DNA of 57,976 nucleotides, the filler included, from Sphacelaria rigidula (Eukaryota), in the NCBI GenBank assembly GCA_964200075.2. It is 9 parts of 9 records of this genome, joined end to end, with 100 filler letters (N's around TTAATTAATTAA, not from the genome) between each part and the next. Parts side by side here need not be neighbours in the genome. Positions count along the whole stretch, not along the records: positions 6,455 to 12,808 come from CAXNAA020020587.1; positions 12,909 to 19,261 come from CAXNAA020020588.1; positions 19,362 to 25,714 come from CAXNAA020020589.1; 6 more parts are not named here. One strand, 5' to 3'. The position numbers and the translations under genes were made by a program. A model generated the notes under the pieces. It was not told where the DNA came from, searched no databases, and worked only from the letters and a program-made list of their open reading frames with translations. This document shows, in pieces, positions 12,513-25,603 of this stretch (position 1 is its first letter; every line of letters begins with the position of its first letter).

Positions 12513-12808
12513 ATGGCTGCGGCTCTCACGGTCGCCGATGGAGGCGGTCCATCCTCCCCCCTCGATACGGCTGGGGCAAACAGTAAGCTGGAGGCGTGGT
12601 TGCACGAACGGCACGTTGGACGTTTCGACATCCCTCTGAGCCAGTTGACTCTGACGTTGCTGTCCAGGGAACTGAATCCGTGAGGACTACAAGACGTCAT
12701 GAGGTCTATAAAGGTGAATGGGTGGCTTACTCACAACCCACCAGCCGTCGTACTTGGCAGCGAGGCAGGTGATTCGGTCACTGCTGAGGCCATGGCAGCC
12801 GCTTCTTT
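12513..12808 (+). pseudogene. ParB/sulfiredoxin-like N-terminal domain ORF with one in-frame stop, truncated by the contig end
   Basis: Not in the ORF track. Manual translation: MAAALTVADGGGPSSPLDTAGANSKLEAWLHERHVGRFDIPLSQLTLTLLSRELNP*GLQDVMRSIKVNGWLTHNPPAVVLGSEAGDSVTAEAMAAAS, with TGA at 12681-12683. It resembles the ParB-N pattern IPL..L...R......L..L..SI...G.L.P..V. Confidence 0.5.
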
Positions 12809-13246
12809 NNNNNNNNNNNNNNNNNNNNNNNNNNNNNNNNNNNNNNNNNNNNTTAATTAATTAANNNNNNNNNNNNNNNNNNNNNNNNNNNNNNNNNNNN
12901 NNNNNNNNGCGAGGTCAATGGTCTGATGACTATGGCATGCATGATCATGAGTTCCCCCCCCTCCCCCTCTCCCGGTTGTAGCGTGAGGAGTGGTACAAAG
13001 TAGCTGAGGCCACCTGGGTTTCCATCACTTCTGGAACGATAGCTAGGAATGAGATATTTGAGTTTGCGAAGATCCGTCCATTTTACGTTCGCGCTTTGAA
13101 AAGCGGCGAAGAGCAGTTGCAGGGACGAAATGAAGAGTGTCATCGTTTAATGGATGCAGTTTGCAGTTCATGCATGTATCTCTGCTGATAACTCGAAGCC
13201 CACTCTCGATCCATACGTACCCACCTGCCGTTGTTGGCACTTTCAG

Positions 13247-16200
13247 GCAAAAACGCGGACGGTAGCAGCAGCAAGGGCAAGAGCTCTAAGAAATCGTCAA
13301 AGGGAGAACGAGAACGATCAGGCTCCAATTCCACCGCAAGATCAGACGGCGAAGATGGAGGGGAAGGCAGCACGAAACCGAAGCCCAAGAAGAAAAAGCG
13401 AAAGGACAAGAAGGACAAGGATGTTGACAAGGAAGAGGGCAAGGGGGGCGTCAGGCGGGCTGCGGGCGGGGAAGCAGACATCGATTGTCCTTGTGGGGAG
13501 CAGCGTGAGACTCAGGTCAGATTTTTTCATTTGTTTTTTGCGGGCCACGGAGCTATGTTAGAGTTCTGTTGGTTGAGGAGTTGTCGCTCTTGTCCCATGT
13601 GTTGTGCTGCAGTTTTTTTTCGCTTTTTCAGTTTGTTGCCGTGTGACAGAGTGGGCGGTAGATTGTTCCCCTCACTTCCCCGTCCCCATTCTTGTCCTTT
13701 GCTGGGGTGCAGTAAAGCCTCTTGCGCATCTCGTGACGGTTTCTGGGTATGCCCAGTATACATCTCGCCCGCTGTGCCTGGATGAGATTGAATTTCGGAA
13801 GAGTGTACAAGTTGGAAGGATGGGGGATATTGAATATTCTGCACGTGCCGTGGAGTTTGTTCCTCCAGATATGAGGGAATACTCCAAAGTGACGCGCGCG
13901 CAATCAGAATCCTCAATACGGAAACGCCGACCCCCAGGAGCTGAAGCACGTCGTCTCTCTCGCGTTCATACATGATCATAGCTCCCCCACCACTTTCCAT
14001 CACCCCGAAGAGGAGGAAAAGACGCCCACACCGGCCTTCTGCACGTTACCCCGCAGCAAACCCTTGACATACAATCGTTTGCGCTTTTACACGCAACGCT
14101 GTAGTCGGTCTCCATTTTGATTTTTAGTTGATGTTTTTTTTCTATTGCTTCCCTTACATTTAAATGTAGGTGACCAACCAAAACGATGACACTCGGAGAC
14201 GGTAGCATTTAATGCTGTACCCATCACGTGTAAACAAACACCTGACATGCATTTTTATATTTTATTCGAGGGGCTGTGATGTAGGCATCATCTGGAAGGA
14301 AAATGCTCTGTCATCCACCAACTTCGACTCCCCTCGATCGCACTCCATTCTCCTGTCTGCCTGTACGGCATATACAGGGTTACATCCAGTGCAACGGGTG
14401 CCAAGCCTGGCTCCACTACGAGTGCACGGGTACCTCCCCCGAGGACGCGGCCAACGACAGCGAGTACCGGTGCCAGGACTGTACCTCAAGCTCAACCCCC
14501 TCCTCGTCATCCTCCAAGAAGTCCTCCAACAAACGCAAACCCGACTTCTCGGACGACCACAACACGGCAGAGGACATTGCCGACAACCCTGCTCCCAACC
14601 CCAAGAAGCAGAAAACGGGGATCACGGGAAAGGCTTCGAAGGCCGGGGGTGGCGCCGAAAAAGGGGCCACCTCCGTAAAGAGTAAGGGTGCCCCCAAGAA
14701 GGTGTCGGGAGGCGGGGCGAGTGAGGCAGCAGGCTGGGAAGGGCGTGGGGCGAAGGGGGACTCTGCGCCCTGGGAAGAGCTTGAGGAAGAGTGGGATAGA
14801 TTGGAGCCTGATGAGATCAAGTGAGTTTCGTACTGGTAGAGTTCGGTGCGTCATGCTCCAGTTCGTGGAGGTTTTTCGTGCGTGTGGCCTATTGTTGTCA
14901 GGGGTCTTATTTTCAGAGTTTCGATCGTTGCTCCCGGGCAGGAGGAGGTACCGTCGAGTGGCTTGAGGGAAGGTGATCGATCGCTGTGTGCTGTGTTGAT
15001 ACGTCATTTTCTTATGCCCGTCTTTTTTTCTTGCGCGGAACAGTAAGGTCGAAGATACCAAAGAAACGCACTCAGTTCAACGTCGTTTTTGGTGTTTGGG
15101 CTTTCGTCGTCCCCCGCCCTACCTTGTCTGCTGCGTGGTTCACGAACGTGCCACACCATCGGCACAAGTGCCGCGCCGAATCTTCCCTCTATCTTGGGTC
15201 TAATCACTGTTGAATTTTTCAAAACCGTGCTGGGTCTCGAAACAGGGGGGCGGTGTACGGTGCGCTGGAGTTGCTGGCGAAGGAGGACCCGCAGGGGTAC
15301 TTCGCCGAGCCTGTGGATACTTCAATGGTGCCAGGCTACAGGGATGTGGTGAGTCAAGAGCGCTGCGGTGCCCTTTTCATCATGGGGTGATTTCGTAGGG
15401 GACGGCGATTGGCGCAGTCTTGAACGTGACCTTGTATTGTCGGACGTTTCGGTGTTAACATGAGCGATTACTGCAAGGTGTATATCTTAGAGGAGCGAGG
15501 AGTGGTTGTGAGGAACACAGGGAGGACTTGCACGAAATGGTGCAACTCGTGTGGGGAAGACATAGGCATAGCTTGACATGAAGTGATCACTCGGTCATGG
15601 CCAAGTTTGTCGTGCTCCAATACTCCATTTTGTTGACGTGGGATTAGGGAATATCTCACGTTGACGTTTGGAACAAGTCGCCCGCGATTGCTTGGCAGTG
15701 CTTGGCAACAGCAGCTATAGCGCGGGCGTACTCTTGGGTAGTAGCATCTCTATCCTTGTCCATCTCTTTCTCTCTCTCTTGCGATGACGAAAGCCAAAAA
15801 CTTCTCAAATATGGTCTTGAGATGAGCCTCGCTCTTGTCGTCCAGTGCCGACTTCGTGCCTTCATTGGCCGTTGTTGGGGCTGGAAGACACGGTGAAGAA
15901 ACACGGCCGTGCTAATCCGAGCAAGAGCGGACGTCAAACGTGTTACTTACTGTTGGTATGACCAGGATGGAGTGTAACCGATGTGTTCGTTTCCTCTCCT
16001 TTGAGTGCAGTGATTCGTTTGCTCAGTGCCCCGTGGGTGGTACTTCATGCCCCAGACCACACTGCTGGTTATTCAATGTTGCAGCATTAGTATATATGCA
16101 CGCATAGTGTCGTGGCATCTGCTCCTACGGGCCCCTACCGATCGAAATACTTACTCCATGTGGCACATGAAGAGTCGGCGAGCTTTTGTACCTAATTATT

Positions 16201-17350
16201 CGGAGTACATCGCAATGCTCTTCGTTTTGAGTCGCGAGCGCTGGATGCGAACAGGTACGCATCCCTAGCTGCCCACACCAAATTTGTCGTGCGACCAGTT
16301 TGCGAAATGGTTGCACCCCGTGTCACTCGATGTCGCTTCCCCAACGCTTACCCCTACAGGTTTCCCGTCCCCTGGACTTCAGCACCATAAAAAAACGACA
16401 GCAGAAGGGGCGCTACTCCAAGCTTGGGGTCTCTAGGCTGTGGGAGGACATCTCAACGGTCTACCAAAACGCAAAACTATACAACCAGGTAGACTGGGTA
16501 GATTGGGGCACTCGAGAGGGAAGAAGAGGTCCACGCGCTGGATGTCAGCGCGTTGCATTGCGCCCAGCTGCCTTACCCTCAAGTATCGCATTAGGGCCCA
16601 GTTGAAGGGAACTACGAGCATCTGATTGACGGGAGCGGTTTGTTGTTTCTCCTCGAATACATGGGAGTGCGTACGTACTTATTTCGTTCGTGTCATAGTC
16701 CAACGCGCTTGTTCGTTCGCTCCCACTAAAGTATGACGCTTTCGTATTGTTTCGCACCGTGGCGCTCATGACAGGACGAGTCCGACGTGTTCATTACGGC
16801 CCAGATTGGCCTCGACTTGATGCATGACAAGATCGCGAAGGCGATCAGCAGCGCGGCTTCGTTCTCCTCCTCACTTCAACGGTCGTCTCCCAAAGTAAGC
16901 TCAAACGGTAACAGCAGCGCTGCCCGCCAGAGCCAGGACTCAGTCGCCTTCTCGTCCAAAAAATCATCACACAGAGGCGGGGGGGACGGAGGGAGGGCGT
17001 CTGCCTCGTACTCGAACCGATCCTCGGGACAACAAGGCCGTTACGCAGATGACGAGGAGGAAGAAGAAGAGGACGACGGGATAGAAGATGACTATGGAGG
17101 CAGCGACGTGGAGTATGACGAAGAAGAAGAGACGGTCGTGCCCGCCGCCGACGGTGGCGCTGGAAGGGCCAAGCGAGCGGCGGCCGTCGCTGCCGCTGCA
17201 GCTTTGGCTGAAGACGATGACTTTGAGGAAGAGGAGGAGGATGCCGATGATGGGGGGGGCGAAAGCGACGAGGGGGAGGACGAGGACGAAGACGAGGATA
17301 GTGATGCAAGTGAAGCAGGTCCACGAGGGTCGCAGCGCAAGAGGCGCTGA
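13247..17350 (+). CDS. PHD-finger + bromodomain chromatin reader, 3' part. Exons 13247-13515, 14378-14820, 15246-15348, 16360-16488, 16775-17350
   Basis: GT-AG introns with consistent phases. The C4HC3 PHD is IDCPCG..|GYIQCNGCQAWLHYEC...YRCQDC. The bromodomain is GYFAEPVDTSMVPGYRDV|VSRPLDFSTIKKR..GRY....WEDISTVYQNAKLYNQ|DESDVF. Acidic tail ending in RKRR* (possible NLS). Confidence 0.92.
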
Positions 17351-19489
17351 TTTTGTTCGTAAATTTATTTGAAAGAGGGGGAAGGAGCGAGGGAGGGAGG
17401 GGGGATCGGTGTGGCAGGTTGTGTGTTCACGCTTATGAGCCGCTAAGTTTTGAGTATGAGAGACGTGGCTGTGAAAGGCAAGGAGGGGAGAAGAGGCGAC
17501 GTACGCGAGAGATGGGGGGGGGGCAGTGGGGTGTACGAGGAGTTCACTCTGGCTTGGTAATAAAAAAATGCTGTTGTTTCTTGTTGACAGCGTTTGTAGC
17601 TGGATTCATAAAATAGTTTTTTGTCTGCTTTCTGGTTTCTCAGTGCGCTTGGACGAGGTCAATGTAGTGCAGTAGCATGTCACCGAGCAGATGCATCGGC
17701 AATGCATTTCGCTGCCAGAGAGCACGAGAGGAAGGCGGGGGTCAAATCCTGGGCATGCGGAGCGCGTATCTACGGAGTGACACCATATATCCTACAAGAG
17801 AAATCTACGAATTGTCTCGGTGTCGTGTGTTGTGCAAAGGTTACGGTAAACATGGAGAGGGGGGGGGGGATTGCGTACTTGAACAAGAATCGTGATGAAT
17901 ATGTCATGTACAGCTGTAGCTCGACAGTAGTAGCACGTGGCGGAGGAATAGTGGCAGGCCTCAGGGTGAGCAGGCTAGGAAGAGGGGCTGGGGGGGTTGG
18001 TCATCGAGTTTATTTTCGGTCACGTGTTTGAGCTCATCATCTCCTCACAGTATCGTATCGAGGTCGGTTTGATGACACGTTTTATCTGCATATCTTTTTT
18101 TCGGTTAAAAAGGGGAGAGTATGCACACCAGGTACGGTATATGTCGGGGAGCGCCAATTGTGTTTAGCCGTTTTGGCTACCTCAGGACATATATGATATA
18201 TATGCTCACACCATGTACGCACTTCCGTCTTACCGCTTAAGCGGGAGTTTGGTGCAATGCATATCATTATTACTTCGTGTTTTTTACAATTTTTGTCGTT
18301 CAAAGAAAATTTATTTTGACAGCACGGAACAGCGGATACGGGGCCCATCCCTGTGGCCAGACTGTCCTTTGCTTGATATTTTTCAGGGTGCAGATAGAGG
18401 GGAGAAAGTATCTCGCACGTGATGAGAGGAGCGATGAGAAGGGGGCCACGTGTGGTAGCGTGTACAATAGTACCAATGTATGCGTCAGACTTTTGCTGCA
18501 GCCGTCTCCTCCTTTAACTCACCGTTTACGTTCGATAGTGACTATGAAGCCTGCGCAATGTGATTGGCCTGCCTACTGAACATACGGGCCGGTTGGTCGT
18601 CCATCACAGAATAGTATTTTCTTTCACAACTCACCCACCCGCATTTGGACTCTTCAGCACAATTCCGTGCATTGAGGCGAAGGAACAGCACGCGAAACTC
18701 CGCAACATGCCCCATTGGCTACCATTTCTACATGTGTGCATATCTATGCGATGGCTGAGTCCGCCTCTTGTGTACAGTGTACAGTGGGTGAATCTGCGTA
18801 AGAGTATGGACGTGCCCAGGGAGAATATATACTTTGGATATTTATTTATATATATATATTATTATTATATCCATCACATTAGCTCGATCTCTCGAACCCG
18901 TGGTCATATATATAAATATATATCGTCATATCATTCATATATACAGCACCTTGCGTGGGCACAAATACCGAAAAGGTGGGAGCTTTTCCGAACTATGACC
19001 GCTTGTCCAAGAAATGAAATTCCTTTGAGGTCCTCAGGCCGCTTCTTATAATAGACGAAAACAAAAACTGGAAAAGTGTCTTTTCGGAGCTTTCACGTCG
19101 TTTTACGCTCAAAAGAGAGACGGAGTTCGACACCTTGGAATGACTTACTCTGCTAGTTGAGGCGGTTCCAGGACATCTTCGCGTTTTCCCGTGGCCACAG
19201 TTATCATTTTGGCTAAACAAGAATTTTCGTTCAAGAACGGTAAAAAACAGTCAAGTCCAGANNNNNNNNNNNNNNNNNNNNNNNNNNNNNNNNNNNNNNN
19301 NNNNNTTAATTAATTAANNNNNNNNNNNNNNNNNNNNNNNNNNNNNNNNNNNNNNNNNNNNGTACTCGTGTCGAAGGTATTGCACTTGGCTTCAGGCTAC
19401 GAGCCCGTGTTGGAGGCATTATTTAGTGTCGGTGAGCCAGCAGAAGAACTGAAAGGCACCAGCCCCCAACGAGTACTAGGATTGGGATA

Positions 19490-22400
19490 TCTCAGTACGT
19501 TGAAGATATCCCACCAATACAATCAAATCGAATAAGCTGCAGATTCTCTCGAAGGAGATCGAGAGAGAAACGGGAAGGAAAGGCGGAGGGCGGAGTAAAG
19601 ATTGGTCAGGTAAGGTACTAGTAGTGCTGGTATTCGGAGTCCGTAGCGACATGACGAGAATGGAGTTGAAAAAGAAATGCGGTGAAGTTGGATTAGAAAA
19701 GGAGGGGGAACACTTGCGAGTCACACTGAAGCAGAGAGCGACCAAGGAGTGGGAAAGGATAGAAACAAGTAAGGTATCGGCATGGGTTAGAAGGGTAGGA
19801 TGGAGAGTATGCATTGCCAACGGAATAACAAATTTAAGACGAAGTGCACAGGCAAACGGACGGGGAGAGAGGCAGGAACAGGTGAATGCCCGAAAGCGGA
19901 AGGGGAAGAGAAATAGCGGCCCGAAGCAACTGGACGAAGACCTAGCCGGCGAGGGGCAGAACAATTAAGCAAGGGCAAGTAAAAGTAAGAGACACGGGAA
20001 GAGGGTAGGAGACAACAAGAGAGCAGATAATGATACGGAAAGGAAGTTGAGAATAGGATCGTGGAAGGGGTGCGGCTTTGTCACAGACAGGCGCAAAAGA
20101 GAAGACATAGCGCAACAAGTGATGAAACACGATATAGAAATCGTAGGAATCCAAAAGTCATGGAAAAACGAGGGGGCGGAAATAGGATGTAAAGTTGAAG
20201 AGTACGCATGGATAGGGAAAAAGCGGAAGGGTCAGAAGGCCAAGCGAAGGGGAGCGGGGGCGCTAGGATTCTCAGTCGAGGAAGACCTGTGTGACATTAT
20301 CGAAGTGATCGATGACACGAAATTTGACGAGAGCATATGGATACGGGTACCAGGAGGGTGGGGAACGAAGGACTTCTTCGTAGGGAACATCTATATGCCC
20401 CCAAAATCGAAGAGTAAGGTGAACGATATATAACGGAGGTTTGGAGAGATAGCAGCGGATGTACATACGTACGAAATGCAAGGGGGAGTGATGTCAGTGG
20501 GAGATGTTAATGCAAGGGTAGGAAAAGCACGTCAACCGGATGATATCATTGGGCAATACGAGGAAGGTGAGAAGAACACGAATGGAGTAGAAATGCTCGA
20601 GTTCCCTGAGCATAACGAGATGAAGACGCTGAACGATAGAGCACAAAAGCCAGGGGCGCAATGGACATGGACTAGGATATGCAAAGGAAAAAGAAAAAAC
20701 ACTCCGTTCTTGACTATATAGTGGTGAAGTATGGAAATAGTGAAGAAATGAAAGTACACGTATGCGCGGAGGACGTGGGAACCACAGATCACTGCCTTGT
20801 ATGGACAGAAAGCCAACAGGCGAGAGCTAATAGAAATAGGCAGGGTAGGAAGTTGTACAAATGTAGAATCGATCAACTAGATGTCGAAGAAAAACGGCAA
20901 GAGTTCCAAGAAGACATGGCCAAAAATGCGGTGAAATTTCCCGAGCTGTTGGAACGCGTAGGTACAGTTGATACCGAAATGGAAAGAAATGGAGCAGGAG
21001 CGAAGATTATAGAAGCATGGGAGCAGCTGGTCAAGAACACGGCGAGTAAAGTCATAGGGGGGAAACTGGTAGTATGCAACAGAGCAGTAAGATGGTGGGG
21101 TGAGGAAGTGAAAGAGGCGATAAAAGTACGGAGAGCGGCCCACGCGAGATGGATGTTGTGCAAAAGCACGGTAGGATGGGAGGAGTACATTAAAGCTGGA
21201 AAGGAAGTATAAAAAATGATACAGCAGAAAAAAAAGGAAATATGGGAAGGTGTAGTGAATGAAACAGATGAAGATTTCGACGGCGGGATGAAACAAATGT
21301 GGGCAGGGATGGGAGGTATTATGGGAAACCAGGCAGGAAAGATGGACAAGAGGATAGCCACACTCCGGGCACAGAACGGTAAAATGGTCAAAAGTTCGAA
21401 GGGCAAGAGATGGGTGCTAGTCGAGGACTACCGTAGACTAGGAACACCAGAAACGCACACGAAGTTCGACGAGGATTCGAAAAATTTATCAACGCGTGGG
21501 CAGAAGCAAATTTAGACACGTCGAAACGGAAGGATCTAGGCTCGAAAGAATTGCAGAGAGAGTTTGCTAGAGACGAAGTCAAGGAGTGCGTAGCTAAAAT
21601 CGAGAAAAGAAACAGGGGCAGACAAAAATAGTGAATGAATTTCTAAAGTACGAGGGAGAAGGAATGATTACAATGATGGTCATGCTGTATCACTAGATGT
21701 CGGGAAACGAGTACACACCCAAAATGTGGAGAAAAGGAGTTGTCCTCATTTTTTTCAAAAAAAGGAGACAAGGCTGACTCAGGGAACTACAGAGAGATAA
21801 CGCTACCGAGCACGGTAGGGAAAACGTTCTGTAAGATTCTGAACGACAGAGTAGGAACGATGCTTGAGACGGAAGAGAAAATCAGCGAAGGATAGGCAGG
21901 ATTTAGGCCAAATCGTAGTTGCGTAGACCATGTGCATACGCTAGGTAAAACTATTCAAGGTAGGAAAGACGCCGGGTTGACAAGGTACTGTTTCTTTCTG
22001 GACGTACAAAAGGCTTATGACACAGTATGGAAAAACGGGCTGTGGAAGAATTTGTGGGAAGCTGGGTTCAGAGGAAAGATCTGGAGAATGGTGAAGAAGA
22101 TGGCAGAGTGTGCCAAAAGTGCCATGATGCTAGACGGGGAAATATCGAAATGTGTCGATATTCTGCAAGGAGTTGGACAAAGATTTGCGTTGTCACCCAC
22201 TTTGTTCAAGGTAATAATTAATGACCTGATAATAGCGATAGAAGCAGCGAATCAAGGAGTTGAGGTTGGTGAAGATGTGGTATCAGGTTTGATGTTCGCA
22301 GATGTTTTTCTGTTGTATGGATGTGCAACATGGACGCTGCGTTCTGAGGACCTTGACAGTCGGCGGTCTGCCCACCACAAGCTTTTGCTGCGATTGGTTG

Positions 22401-24745
22401 GATTCCGCAGGAAAGATCGAAATGGCTACAAGACTCTTTCGTACTAAGCGTTGCTCGAAATGACCAACTACGAACGTGTCGACACGAATATCCGCAAACG
22501 TCAACTCTGCTTCGCGGGAGCCCATGTCCGGCAGAAGGACACACGCTCAATCAAGCTCGTCATGAACGGTCGGCTTTCCACACGAGGACCCAAGGAGGTC
22601 GGCCGCCCCCCCAAGCAATGAGCCTGGTCCGTCAAAACTCCGGCGTGCTCCGTCCCGGCTTTGTAGGGATGCAAGGTCAATGGCTTTATGACGATGACAT
22701 GCATGATCATGAGCACCACCCCCCCCCCCCAAGCAATGGGAGGATACCCTACAGTAGAGCATACGTGCGCTCGGGGCTGTCCCGCACAACGGAGCCCTAC
22801 AGAAGTGGTTCGTCTACGGTTGAGAGGTCAGCGATGCATACGATTGGGTCACTGCGGTGACGAACTCAGACAAATGGCATAATGGAGTCGAAAGGGGAGA
22901 GTTTAGGGACACGTGGCGACCCGCGGACAAACGAGAATCAGACCGCCGTCACATGCGAGAGGCTACTGCGTCGAGGGCTGCCAATCGGAGAATCCTGCCT
23001 GCTCATATCGGTTGTTGATAGTGTCCTTAGCCCGTGGCTCTGCGGTGCCCAGTGGTGTGTGTCTGTATCTCCTCCGCTGCCCTGAATGCTTGGGCTTGTT
23101 CATTTTTTTTTTAAATTCCATTTTTTGGTTTTTGCTCCTTTTTTTTTCAGGTCGACCATCTCTTTACGTGCTTTGCTTTTGTCCACTTATTTCCTTCTTC
23201 TTCTTCTTTTTCTCACGTCTTGGTCTACTATGTCGTACAGGTCGACTTTTTTCTGTACCTTCTTTTCTTTAGCGAATGTTTCAGTTTCTGTTTTTGGGGT
23301 ACGGCTACCATGTGACCACGGCTGGATCCCTGGAGGGCCAGGTCAAGTGCGACAATCAGTAAATCAAATGATTTTGTGGGGATTTCAGGAACAGCAGAAG
23401 GAATGCTAAAATGAGTCGAAGAGGCTCGAGAATACGCCAGGAAATGAAGAGTAACGACAAATGTTCACAAATTTGCGGTATTCGTCTGTAAGCAAGATAA
23501 GAAAAATCCGGTAAAGTTCGAATGGAAGTGGGGAGAAGAGGAACTGCCGATCGTAGACCAATATACATACCTTGATATGGAGATATCAAGGAACTGTTGT
23601 TGGGATGCACACATGAACAAAGTAATAGAAAAGGGTAAGTGAAAGATAGGCAGGATGGACGTGATCGTCAGAGACTCGCGCCTAGACACTAGGATCAAGA
23701 GATGCATCCTGATGAACGTGATCGTACCACAGCTGGAATATGCAGCAGAAGTATGGGAGGGGAACGTGAAGTTGGTGGAGAAGTTGGAAGCAGTACAGGT
23801 GGCCGCAACTAAGAAAATACTTGGATACCCGAAAACGACGAGTAATACCGTTTTGAGAGCAGAGTTGGGGATGTACTCACTTGAAACAAACAGAGACAGG
23901 AGGAAATTGCGATGGCAGTATAGCGNNNNNNNNNNTATAGCGTAAAGAACATGCAGAGGAAGAGACTGCCAGCTATAGTTGATAGGGCTGTATGGAAGAA
24001 AAGTACGAAAGGGCGGGCTGGAATAAGGTGGGATAGAGAAGTCGAGAATGGAAGGAGATATGAGGAATCTGAGACGAAATACTGTCCATAGGTGAAGGCG
24101 CGGGGTATAAGACAAAAGTAAGACATTATAGAAATAAGGGGAGAAAGGAGCGCTGAGGCGCAAAATAGACGAGGAAGAACACCTGGAGATATACAGGGGG
24201 TTGAGAGAGGGGATCGGGATGAAAGCATATCGGCATGACCCAGTGGACGCTGCGAAAAATATGAAACTGCGATTTCGGGTGGGAGACCTAGACCTGCCAG
24301 AAAGAAGAGAGATATATACCAGTCGTCGTGTGGAGGAGGAATCAGATGCACAGAACTGCCCCTGTGGCGAAGGAATCGAGAGCAGACGTCATATAGTGGC
24401 GAAATGTGGACTATACACGGAGGAACGGGAGATGCTAGAGGGGGAGATGTGGGACGTAAATGAAGATAGCATGAAATCGTTTGATGCATCAGACAGTGTC
24501 GAGGAAACGATGGTTATACTAGGAGATGGATGGTGGCCACAGACGGCGAAAGAGGACGTGGATAAGATATGTAGAAGGCTTTTGTGTAATGGATGGAAGG
24601 AATGTAAAGAGCGCCGGAATGTTGAAGGCGTCTCTATTAGGAGTAGGAACGGTGCTCCGTCTCGAAAGGGATGCGTGGTCAATGATCACACGACTTAGGC
24701 AAGCAACAAATGAGTACGCCCCCCTTCCCCCCTTCCCCCCCCTCC
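19490..24745 (+). mobile_element. Decayed non-LTR retrotransposon (LINE): upstream ORF remnant, APE endonuclease (~20040-20810), RT (~21600-22305, resuming at ~23368), C-terminal CCHC finger
   Basis: APE motifs IVGIQKSW, GNIYMPP, GDVNARVG, LDYI, TDHCLV. RT motifs NYREITL, GFRPNRSCVDHV, FLDVQKAYDTVW, LSPTLF, LMFAD. C-terminal CPCGEGIESRRHIVAKC. Many stops and frameshifts. Confidence 0.93.
22309..23367 (+). mobile_element. 5'-truncated RTE-like LINE nested in the RT of the host LINE
   Basis: LLYGCATWTL..., IRKRQLCFAGAHVR and GRPPKQ are motifs typical of RTE C-termini. A T-rich 3' UTR ends in AGTGCGACAATCAGTAAATCAA, resembling the AGTGCGACAATCAATCAATC tail at 49901-49940. Confidence 0.75.
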
Positions 24746-24787
24746 GTTGGATTGAATAATCGTAATGAGAGCCCAAATTTTGGAGTT

Positions 24788-25550
24788 GTCTCTATTAGGA
24801 GTAGGAACGGTGCTCGGTCTCGACAGGGATGCGTGGCCAATAGTCAAGGCAAGCAATAAATGAGTACGCCCCTTCCCCCCCTCCTCCCCGAAATGTATCC
24901 TCTTCCTCGTTCTTTTTTCCAGGCCTTCAGGGGAGCCGGATCTGGGTGAGCTGTTGTTGTCGTTCCTGAAAAAATATTCTCAGGAGGGAAGTAGACCCCT
25001 CAGCCCATCTTTCTCCTTCACGGTCGTGGGACTGCAGGTGAGCACTCCTGAGCCGTTAGGAATCAATTGACGCGGGCATATCAATCCTGACATCCACGGC
25101 TTCTCATCATGTGAACAGACAAATGTGCTGTGTTTTGGTGAAGAACTTCAGGGACACGAGTCAGAGGTTGGGAACCCTAAAACACACGGTACTCATCTTG
25201 TTTTTTCATCGTCACACTTGCCACCAATCCCCACGCCCCCGTAGGGAAAATGTGAGAAGCAAACGAATGTGTCATGTAATCGTTTGGTACACCAGATAGT
25301 GGCGAGAAAAACGATCGATGTACGAGGAGATGGATGGTGGCTTTAGACGGCGAAATAGGAGGGGAATGAGATTTGTGCAAGGTTTTTTGTGTAATAAACG
25401 GGAAGAAAGACGTACTGAGCGCCCGTATGTTGGAAGTGTCTCTATTAGGAGTAGGAACGGCGCTGTCTCGAAAGGAAGGTGCGGTCAATGGTCAAATGGG
25501 TAAGGCAAGCAACACAACTGAGTACGCGCTCCCCTTCCCCCCCTCCTTTC
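24788..25550 (+). repeat. Extra copies of the LINE 3' end (24788-24885 and ~25320-25550). Further dispersed copies at ~46680-46990 (-), ~48125-48200 (+) and ~52117-52205 (+)
   Basis: Shared sequence AGGAGTAGGAACGGTGC...TCTCGAAAGGGATGCGTGGTCAA...AGGCAAGCAAC...TGAGTACGCCCC followed by a C-rich tail. Confidence 0.85.
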
Positions 25551-25603
25551 ACCTCAGGACGAGTCCGTGGCCTCAAAAGACCATCCCTTATCTCCCCCGG
25601 TAC

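Noticed and set aside
23926..23935. TATAGCG on both sides of a 10-N gap, resembling a target-site duplication
   Set aside because: Typical overlap at a scaffolding gap; the LINE sequence reads through when one copy is removed.
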